From positions 1-16,361 of the forward strand of contig JAZDCZ010000221.1 in NCBI GenBank assembly GCA_036679605.1: 16,361 nt of DNA. The letters are read 5' to 3'. This DNA is from Gemmatimonadota bacterium (GTDB lineage Bacteria > Gemmatimonadota > Gemmatimonadetes > Gemmatimonadales > GWC2-71-9). The notes below the pieces were generated by a model. It saw only the letters and a list, made by a program, of their open reading frames with translations. It was not told the origin of the DNA and ran no database searches. Shown here piece by piece: positions 1 through 6,615 of this stretch (positions are counted from its first letter, which is position 1; every line of letters starts with the position of its first letter). The position numbers and the translations under genes were made by a program.

Positions 1-104
1 TAAACCAACGCGCCGGCAACGACCAGAAGCCAAGGCAGTCCCTTGGCGGCGATGCCGTCGTCAGCGTCTGCGAGTAGCGGTGCTGTATTGTCGTGTTGGT
101 TCAT
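1..104 (-). CDS. 5' end of a membrane protein (partial; continues off the left edge)
   Basis: Manual translation from ATG at 104-102 gives MNQHDNTAPLLADADDGIAAKGLPWLLVVAGALV..., open to the edge and entering a hydrophobic segment. It is co-oriented with the SGNH/TPR gene and starts 63 bp after its stop. Confidence 0.55.
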   Translation of the reverse strand, partial: MNQHDNTAPLLADADDGIAAKGLPWLLVVAGALV

Positions 105-167
105 GCCGCACACGATGGCGTCCCGGCGCCCTCGCGACCCCGGGCCATATTCGCAGGTGAGTCGATC

Positions 168-1898
168 CTAATCGACCCCGTCTGGTGGTGATTCGCGGTA
201 GGGCTCGCCGTTCTTGTACAACCGCAATCGCTCGCGAATGCTCTCAACAGGTTTCGATTCGGCGGCTGCGACTGCGATGGCCGAGCGCGCCGTGCGCACC
301 GCTTGCTCAAAATCGCCCGTAGACGCGTACGCCGCAGCCAAGGTGTCGAGCATCTCCACCCCGGGCTGCTTGGCGAGTTTGACCGCCCGATCCGCACAGC
401 GTACCGCTTCTTCAGCGTCGCGAACGGCGGGATCGCTGTGCGTGGCCAGGATCCAGGCGATTCGGACCACCGGCGGCGGCCACGCGGGTTGCAGCCGGGC
501 CGCCTCGCGATAGTGTTCGAGCGCCTCGTCAACCGGGCCGGTCGTCGTTAGCACTTCGGCGAGGTGGTAATGGGCGCGGGCATTGTCCGGCGCCGCGCTG
601 ATGGCTCGACGAAAGTGGCTGACCGCTTTGGCATGCGCGCCCTGCTCGCTGAGCGCCCGCCCCAGTGCGAGATGCGCCGCGACGTGCTGAGCGTCGATCC
701 GGATGGCTGTGCGGTAATAACGCATCGCGTCATCGAGTTTGCCTTGCAGTTTGCGCGCGTTGCCGAGCAGGTATCGCGTCTCCGCGGATTCCATGTCCGC
801 CGCACAATCGGGACGCCGGCGACTCAGTGACACGCGTGGGTTGTGCATGCGAAGGTGTCTTGCGATTTCGCCAGCCGCGAGGCAGTTGCCTCGTCCCGAC
901 CAATGACCCTGTGGCGCGAGCAGTGTACGACCTTCTTGAATGTACGCCTTGCGCAAGTACCCGACCAGATCGAGCACGTCGAGGTCGAGCAAATTGAGCT
1001 GTCGGCGCGCGTAATCGGCGGATTCGAAGACCGCATTGGTCGACTGCCCCACGGGCACAGTACCGCCGGTGATGATGGTCACAATGGTCAAGCGTACGCC
1101 GCGAGCTTCGCATTGCGCGCTAACGCGCCGCAGGATGGCCCGGGTCACTTCCAGATGGGCGTCCAGACTGCCCGCTTCGTTGGCTTCCAGCGGTCGCCCG
1201 AACAGCCACGCCGCAAAGAAGCAGTGCCGCATGACCCAAGGTTGCTGCGATGCCAGCGGAACCGGCGTATTCTCAATGCTCAGTTCCGAGTCCGCGACAC
1301 GAAATACCGGTTTGGGGTGCGTGAACATGTCCGTCGCGTCGCGCGACAGGTCCGACGGCAGGAGAAGGACGAATACAACCTGGTCCGGGTTCAGCGCGAA
1401 GCCCTCATCTTCCAGACGCAGCGCCATCTGCCCCAAACCGTATCCGCGGACGCCGAAATTCAACACTTCCGCGTTATCCAGGTGACGCTCCAGATAAGCC
1501 GGCAGCGTCTCGCCGTCGTCGACCTCCTCGCCGAAGGTACACGAGTCGCCGAACACGGCAATGCGCTCCACGCCGTCCGGCGGCGACGGTGCGTAGTCTT
1601 CTGTCGCGCGCAGTCCCTGGTTGTTGATCGTCACCTTGAAGGGGACGCGATCGTCGCTGCGGTACCCGGGCAGATTCGTCCAACCATAGAGCGGATGGTA
1701 CTTATCCCAGAAGTACGAGACGTCCTTCCAACTCGCCACTTCCCACTCGACAGCTCCTGTGATCCGTTCGATTTTGCCATGCGCGATTCTGAGGCTCACT
1801 TCGCTCACCACGAAGATCACCAGGATGGCGGCGAAGATCGTCGCTGCCGTGAAGAGGAGTTTCCGACTCGTCGGGATGGGGGAATCGCGCTCGTTCAT
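168..1898 (-). CDS. Membrane-anchored SGNH/GDSL-hydrolase-family protein with C-terminal TPR repeats
   Basis: N-terminal TM helix (LLFTAATIFAAILVIFVVSE), SGNH block I FGDSCTFG, block II NFGVRGYG and a block V His in QGHWS. About 5 TPR-like repeats follow (AETRYLLGNA..., AHLALGRAL..., AHYHLAEVL..., LDTLAAAYASTGDFEQAV). ATG at 1898; the ORF track starts at the TTG at 1901. Confidence 0.85.
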   Translation of the reverse strand: MNERDSPIPTSRKLLFTAATIFAAILVIFVVSEVSLRIAHGKIERITGAVEWEVASWKDVSYFWDKYHPLYGWTNLPGYRSDDRVPFKVTINNQGLRATEDYAPSPPDGVERIAVFGDSCTFGEEVDDGETLPAYLERHLDNAEVLNFGVRGYGLGQMALRLEDEGFALNPDQVVFVLLLPSDLSRDATDMFTHPKPVFRVADSELSIENTPVPLASQQPWVMRHCFFAAWLFGRPLEANEAGSLDAHLEVTRAILRRVSAQCEARGVRLTIVTIITGGTVPVGQSTNAVFESADYARRQLNLLDLDVLDLVGYLRKAYIQEGRTLLAPQGHWSGRGNCLAAGEIARHLRMHNPRVSLSRRRPDCAADMESAETRYLLGNARKLQGKLDDAMRYYRTAIRIDAQHVAAHLALGRALSEQGAHAKAVSHFRRAISAAPDNARAHYHLAEVLTTTGPVDEALEHYREAARLQPAWPPPVVRIAWILATHSDPAVRDAEEAVRCADRAVKLAKQPGVEMLDTLAAAYASTGDFEQAVRTARSAIAVAAAESKPVESIRERLRLYKNGEPYRESPPDGVD

Positions 1899-2027
1899 CA
1901 AGCAGTATGCAACCAGGCACGGACTCGCCGATCAACCGCCAAGCGGGTGGTGGGCATCCAATCTGATCTTCCTGTCGTTCGATCGCGGGCCAGCGCTGTC
2001 GTCCTGACTGTGTTCGTTGTTGAATGA

Positions 2028-2261
2028 TCAGACGTCACAAAGCGGCGCCTCCCCGCGGCGTTTTGTTCGACAGCCGTCAGCGCGATGCAGTCGTCGTCGA
2101 GAGTTCCGGTTGCGCCGCTGATTTCTGCACACCGGATACGACCATGCGCGGTTTCGCGTGTCAAGCATAGCCGCCGGTGGGGCGGACGCCTGCCACGCGC
2201 GAATGACGTGCCCGCCGAGTTGCCCCGCCGCGCCGCTGACGATCCAACGTTGGCGGCGCAT
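2028..2261 (-). pseudogene. Truncated SDR/NAD-dependent epimerase (RmlD-like) N-terminus
   Basis: Begins MRRQRWIVSGAAGQLGGHVIR, a Rossmann GxxGxxG motif typical of extended SDR/RmlD proteins, with a GAGGGG SD-like sequence upstream. It loses similarity after about 25 aa and stops at 77 aa. Confidence 0.45.
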
Positions 2262-2404
2262 TCAGCGACCCCCCTCGATTCGACGGCTTGTCGATCACGG
2301 GTCGACAAGCGCATATATCCCCCGTACGATCCCCCAAGTCGGGTTGGATCTTTCCGTTCCCGCGATGGCGACGCAGGGGATATCGTGCGTCCCGTGCGTG
2401 GCGA

Positions 2405-2478
2405 CGCGCCAGGCAGGACTCGAACCTGCGACCGTCGGATTAGAAATCCGATGCTCTATCCGCCTGAGCTACTGGCGC
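2405..2478 (-). tRNA. tRNA-Arg (anticodon TCT)
   Basis: Reverse complement: GCGCCAG TAGCTCAGGCGGATAGAGC A TCGGA TTTCTAA TCCGA CGGTC GCAGG TTCGAGT CCTGC CTGGCGC G. It has a 7-bp acceptor stem, D arm, 5-bp anticodon stem with TCT, and a TTCGA T-loop. CCA is not encoded. Confidence 0.97.
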
Positions 2479-2583
2479 TACGTGTTATCAGCAAGCGACT
2501 TACGACAATCTCCAATCCGTGAGAATACCAGAAAGGGGCCATATTGGGTAGCGCGCGGTGCCATTTACGCAGCTCCCGGGCAT

Positions 2584-2660
2584 TGACCTTTCCCCCGAAA
2601 ACTGATCCACCTCTTGGGTTAGAATCCCGGGGTGTGGATCAGTTTTCGGGGGAAAGGTCA
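2584..2660. mobile_element. Miniature IS3-family-like element (MITE, internally deleted IS, or collapsed IS ends)
   Basis: Perfect 28-bp inverted repeat at 2583-2610 (TTGACCTTTCCCCCGAAAACTGATCCAC) and 2634-2661, with a 23-bp spacer. The 5'-TG...CA-3' termini and TGACC..CCCC start resemble IS3-family ends. There is no transposase and no visible target-site duplication. Confidence 0.65.
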
Positions 2661-2719
2661 AGGTGGCTTGAGTCGGAAAACCTCGTGGAGTATTCGACGG
2701 CTCCAAAGGTCAAACGGCT

Positions 2720-2755
2720 ACACAAGGGGTGGCCGCCTACATCGTGCCCCTTGTG
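2720..2755. repeat. Inverted repeat/hairpin CACAAGGGG...CCCCTTGTG
   Basis: 9-bp perfect arms around an 18-nt spacer in the intergenic region downstream of the hydrolase gene. There is no U-tract, so the function is unclear. Confidence 0.35.
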
Positions 2756-2920
2756 GCAGCAAGCGGAATGGCTCTGCCGGTTGAAGCACGGGCGCAATGC
2801 GCCGCAACAGAGTCATCTTACGTCAGAACTCGCACGAAGATGGGCCGCTCTCAACTCGATCAGCAATCCACGCGAGCAATCCAAAGTGGCCGACCAGTCG
2901 GCCGGCGCCGGCCAATCCCG

Positions 2921-5242
2921 CTACTGCGGCCCCGTCAGCGAGTCACCAAGCTGTTCGAAATCGTCCTCGTCTACACGTTCGTCGCCGTTGATGTCGCATA
3001 CCTCGCAGCCGGGATCCAGCGGCCCGCCGCCGGAACCCGTGAGACAACGCTGCAGCATGGCATAATCGGCCAGATCTACGTCGCCGTCGCCGTCAAAGTA
3101 GACCCCCATGTCGCCGCAGGGCAATGCGAGATACGCACACGTCTCATGGTGATAGAGAACGGACGGCGCAGCGCAGTCGCCGCAGCCGGCATCGTCGATA
3201 CACATGCCAGTGACGGGGTCGCAACAGGCCCCTGACGCGATCTCGTTGACACAACCGTAGATGTTGGCGATCAGTTGGGCGGTGTCGCCGGTGGTGTATT
3301 CCCCGCCGGTGTTGCCCGGCGAGTAATACACGCGACGATCGGGCCGCCAGGCGAGGGCGAGGGCACCGGTATCGAACTCCCCATCCTGCACGGCGTTGGC
3401 CAAGGCATAACACTGATCGACATCCTGAGCGGACAGCTCCTCGACGTTGCAGAAGGCGCAGTCGTTACCGCTGCCCGGGATGTAGGCGGCCGGTATGAAC
3501 TCGGTGACCGTGACCGGGCAGTAGTCCGGGTCCATGATCCGCCCCTCCAGGAAGTTGGCCTGCGTAGACGGGTAGGTCCCCTGGCCCAGAATCGCCACGC
3601 CGCCCTGGTCGACGAAGTCAGCCAGAAGGTCGCCGAACAGTGCTGAATTGTTGTAGGAGGCGTTGGTCCAGGTGAACACCGCACAGTATTCGATGAGCGA
3701 TCCCGCAGTTGGTGTGCCCGCGCTGGCATCGAAGTAATCGCAACGCTCGCCCGTGCGCTCTCTCACCTCGTTTCGCCAGGCAAGGTCGTCCGAGTCGGAA
3801 GGGGCAATGAGCACGCCGTTGCACTTGCTCCACGAGATGTTGTCCAGGTCGACCTGTAAGCCGGTGGGGGCTGCATCGACTATGGTAAATCTCAGTCGAT
3901 AGGCGTGCCCGCGCCGCGCCTTGGGAATGGCGTACCGCCCGGTGCGCCAGCTACCGGTGTTGGTCACGTCGATCGCCATCTCATACCCCGTGGCCCCCGT
4001 CGGCTCCAGCAGGATGACCTTGAGTTGATCGTTCTCCGACGCCCCCGTGACCCGGAAATCGAACTTGATGCCGCGCACGCTGCTATCAACGTACAGCCGA
4101 TTGTGCGTGCGCGACGGGCTCGCGCTGTTGAGGCTGAGGTAGTAGGTCGAGCCGGATGGCGGGGAGGCCGACGCCCAGGCCGTTGAGCCGCTCATGTTCC
4201 CCCCGTGATAGCGCCAACCGGCGTGTCCCACACCCGTCAGCACCAGATCGACGATCTCGAAGTTGCCGTTGTAAATCGACAAAGGCGAGTAGACCGGTGT
4301 CACACGTCCACCGTCGGCCGGACGACTCCCGCTGCCTCCACCGATCTCCGAGTAGTAGTAGCCCTCATCTTCGCCGTCGTTGCTGTACCATGTGGCCCGA
4401 TGGATCGGCGTCCCATTGAGATAGTCGAATGCCGCGTTGAGGTCGATCGTCCCATGATACCACGCGCGCACGACGACGTGTTCAAAGAGCGGATCGGCCA
4501 TCTGGGTAGGCGTTGACTCAATCACCGGACCGAGATTCACGTTATACGCTCCAGTGATCAGCATTCCGTTGAAGTCGGTTGGACTGCCGTCCGCACGCCA
4601 GTAGTTGTCCGCCCACCCAATGGTGCTCCAGGTCTGCGGGTTCGGGTCGCCCCAGTTGAATCCCGTCGGCGGAAGCGAGCCGTTGACCGGGTGCGGGTCC
4701 AGCGTCGTTAACTGCTCGACTTGGATGCCGGCCTTCGCCAGACGCTCCACGCACTCGCTGTTGACCACGGTGCCACGGCTGTGACCGATGAAGTGAACGC
4801 CATTGGCCAACAGATCGTGCCCCTCAAGCGCGCCCGGCAACTGCGGGTCGCGCAAGGCCGCGTAGAGCGCGTCGGCCGCCGCCTCCGCGAAGCCCATCGT
4901 CCCGCCCTGATTCAATGCATCGGACTCGGTCGTCCAGTCGAACAGAAGAATGATCTCCGCGCCGGAATTGTAGGTGCCGGCGAGCCAAGACCAGTTCCCG
5001 GTGGACGGCTGGTACACGAGAATGGTCCCTTTCATGGGAGTCCCGCCGGCGGCGCGCTTCTCAATGGCGTAGGCCATGCTGTGCATCCAGGGCATGGGCG
5101 CCCCGCCAAGCTGAAAGCCGTGGGTGATGATCGTCGTGCCGAACGTGCCGCCGGACGCAGTTCCAATGAACAGGACGAACCCGGCTACTGCGACAGTCGC
5201 ACAATATGACCATGCCGGTCTGGGGGCATGCGCGCTTATCAT
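2921..5242 (-). CDS. Secreted multidomain alpha/beta-hydrolase (lipase/esterase-like) with a C-terminal Cys-rich motif and an EF-hand/dockerin-like module
   Basis: ATG at 5242 with SD GAGGAG (5252-5257) and a signal-like N-terminus (VAVAGFVLFIGTASG). Hydrolase motifs are the oxyanion IITHG, the nucleophile elbow GHSRG and LDP. A beta-rich domain, a flavodoxin/GATase-like domain (LLADFVDQGGVAILG), GACCDPVTGMC and the Ca-binding repeats DGDGDVDLADY...DINGDERVDEDDF follow. Confidence 0.8.
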   Translation of the reverse strand: MISAHAPRPAWSYCATVAVAGFVLFIGTASGGTFGTTIITHGFQLGGAPMPWMHSMAYAIEKRAAGGTPMKGTILVYQPSTGNWSWLAGTYNSGAEIILLFDWTTESDALNQGGTMGFAEAAADALYAALRDPQLPGALEGHDLLANGVHFIGHSRGTVVNSECVERLAKAGIQVEQLTTLDPHPVNGSLPPTGFNWGDPNPQTWSTIGWADNYWRADGSPTDFNGMLITGAYNVNLGPVIESTPTQMADPLFEHVVVRAWYHGTIDLNAAFDYLNGTPIHRATWYSNDGEDEGYYYSEIGGGSGSRPADGGRVTPVYSPLSIYNGNFEIVDLVLTGVGHAGWRYHGGNMSGSTAWASASPPSGSTYYLSLNSASPSRTHNRLYVDSSVRGIKFDFRVTGASENDQLKVILLEPTGATGYEMAIDVTNTGSWRTGRYAIPKARRGHAYRLRFTIVDAAPTGLQVDLDNISWSKCNGVLIAPSDSDDLAWRNEVRERTGERCDYFDASAGTPTAGSLIEYCAVFTWTNASYNNSALFGDLLADFVDQGGVAILGQGTYPSTQANFLEGRIMDPDYCPVTVTEFIPAAYIPGSGNDCAFCNVEELSAQDVDQCYALANAVQDGEFDTGALALAWRPDRRVYYSPGNTGGEYTTGDTAQLIANIYGCVNEIASGACCDPVTGMCIDDAGCGDCAAPSVLYHHETCAYLALPCGDMGVYFDGDGDVDLADYAMLQRCLTGSGGGPLDPGCEVCDINGDERVDEDDFEQLGDSLTGPQ

Positions 5243-5271
5243 CGTTTTCGTCTCCTCGGCGACTTGACGGC

Positions 5272-5412
5272 CAGATCGATCCTGAAGCAGGTTGCGACAG
5301 CACTTGGCGTAGTGCCGATGTCGATCAGAGACTCCCGTCTGATGGCGCTCGGTCCGGCATGGATGCCGGGTTCCACCGCGGTCCCGTGGCTGAGGATAGG
5401 ATTGCCGATCTG
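5272..5412 (-). promoter_or_regulatory. Candidate structured 5' leader RNA (multi-stem)
   Basis: A closing stem (5272-5283 paired with 5398-5412, 3-nt bulge) encloses four hairpins at 5295-5323, 5324-5343, 5354-5369 and 5373-5389. It ends about 14 nt before the SD of the hydrolase gene. Confidence 0.4.
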
Positions 5413-5613
5413 CCGGACCTTCAATCGCCATCCTACCGCGTGAAGCGACTCAATCCAAGCGCAGAGAACCTCTTTCATCGTGAGTCCCGACTGTTTGGCC
5501 ATTCCGCTGTTGCAATCCTGCCCCCGGCCGCTTCCGGAGCGACGAGCCCCAGCCATTTCCGCGTAGCATCAACCCCACCTCGACTGGTCGCGATCCTCTC
5601 GTCCAGTCGCCCT

Positions 5614-5691
5614 TCAGCCACGCTGAGCCAACGGCGGCGGCACACCGAATCGCTGGATGCGCTCCAGGATGGCGGCGAACGGCTCGCGCGG
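5614..5691 (-). pseudogene. C-terminal remnant of an IS1380-family transposase
   Basis: A minus-strand frame absent from the ORF track reads PREPFAAILERIQRFGVPPPLAQRG*. This matches, from recall, the C-terminus of an IS1380 transposase subgroup (...VAVPRxLFAAILxRIxR...). The upstream part is missing, and a hairpin (5581-5609) follows the stop. Confidence 0.6.
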
Positions 5692-5822
5692 CTTCAGCGA
5701 ACGCAGGCCAGCGATAGCAGCACACGGGCCTGGCGCCGATGTTGGTGGGGTGCGCGAGCGACAGCCGGATCGCGTTACGCTCCTCGCACCGCCTCGGATG
5801 AGCGGTGCTCGGAGGTGAGATG

Positions 5823-6005
5823 ATGGGAAAGGCTTACTGGTTCAGTCCCGATTTCGCGGAGTTTCCAGAGCCGCGGGAGAGACAGCTTGAGCTCGCGGAG
5901 TGGGTCGAGGTGGAACCGAGGTGCTGGGAGAGGCGGACAAAGGGAGTGGTAATCTCTCGAATGCCCGTGACAGGTGCCGGATGGGTAGGTAGGCTACCCT
6001 GTTGA
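5823..6005 (+). CDS. Small hypothetical protein (about 60 aa)
   Basis: Strong SD GGAGGTGA at 5811-5818 ahead of ATG-ATG (5820/5823), reading MGKAYWFSPDFAEFPEPRERQLELAEWVEVEPRCWERR... No recognised family. The 3' part overlaps a promoter-like sequence. Confidence 0.35.
   Translation: MGKAYWFSPDFAEFPEPRERQLELAEWVEVEPRCWERRTKGVVISRMPVTGAGWVGRLPC
5967..5999 (+). promoter_or_regulatory. Sigma70-like promoter with an overlapping palindromic operator candidate
   Basis: GTGACA (5967-5972), a 17-bp spacer, then TAGGCT (5990-5995). The inverted repeat GGGTAG-N5-CTACCC (5983-5999) straddles the -10 element. Confidence 0.4.
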
Positions 6006-6032
6006 TGAGCGCAGATTCCTGGAGGATTAATC

Positions 6033-6440
6033 ATGTCAAAGACCAGAATTAACGAGCTGCAGGCCCTGGTAGACCGACTCCTGCGGGAGCGCCAGGCGCA
6101 CGTCGACGCCGTCGCCGAAATCGACGCGACGTTCGCGCGGTTCGGCCTCACGACGGCCAAACGGAGAAAACGTGGGCGCAGGCCGGGACGGCCGAAGAAG
6201 AAGGCAGCGGCGAGCAAGGGCAAGCGGCGCAAGTTCAAGACGACCGCCAACGAGTTGGTGCTCGCGACGATCAAGAAAGCGGGGGCGAAGGGCGCGACGG
6301 GTGCGCAGATCACCAAAGCGTGGAAGGCTGCGAAGCGACCTGGCGATGCGTACAACACCCTCAGCACGCTGGCCAAGGCGAAGAAGATCAAACGCAAGAA
6401 CTTGAAGGGCGAGCGGGGCAGCCGGTACACGGCGGCCTGA
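6033..6440 (+). CDS. Small Lys/Arg-rich putative nucleoid-associated DNA-binding protein
   Basis: SD GGAGG at 6020-6024. N-terminal coiled-coil-like helix (INELQALVDRLLRERQAHVDAVAEIDATF), a basic linker with the AT-hook-like KRGRRPGRPKKK, and a winged-helix-like C-terminus (TANELVLATIKKAG...GATGAQITKAW...YNTLSTLAKAKKIKR...GSRY). Confidence 0.7.
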   Translation: MSKTRINELQALVDRLLRERQAHVDAVAEIDATFARFGLTTAKRRKRGRRPGRPKKKAAASKGKRRKFKTTANELVLATIKKAGAKGATGAQITKAWKAAKRPGDAYNTLSTLAKAKKIKRKNLKGERGSRYTAA

Positions 6441-6615
6441 CGGCGTACTCTGTTTTGCAATCCACGGTGCCGAAGACGTGATGTGATCGTCGTTGACGCA
6501 AGCCACTCTGCCAATTCGGTGCTGAAACCTCGAAGCCATTCGATGCTCCGCGACGGACGACAAGCGCGGCCATCGTCGCCAATAGGTTGCGTAAGTGATT
6601 CGCAAGGAACACACG

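Noticed and set aside
843..2027. 394-aa + strand ORF
   Set aside because: Antisense shadow of the SGNH/TPR gene, with no motifs. Such ORFs are typical of GC-rich DNA.
2544..3065. 173-aa + strand ORF across the IS-like element
   Set aside because: It reads through the inverted repeats, overlaps the hydrolase gene end antisense, and shows no transposase or integrase motifs.
5272..5412. Assignment of the leader to a c-di-GMP-I/II or c-di-AMP riboswitch
   Set aside because: Only fragments resemble them (AGCCACGGG, GCAACC). The GNRA/receptor and pseudoknot consensus elements are missing.
5243..5431. 63-codon N-terminal extension of the 836-aa ORF
   Set aside because: The SD and signal peptide fit the ATG at 5242, and the extension overlaps the structured leader.
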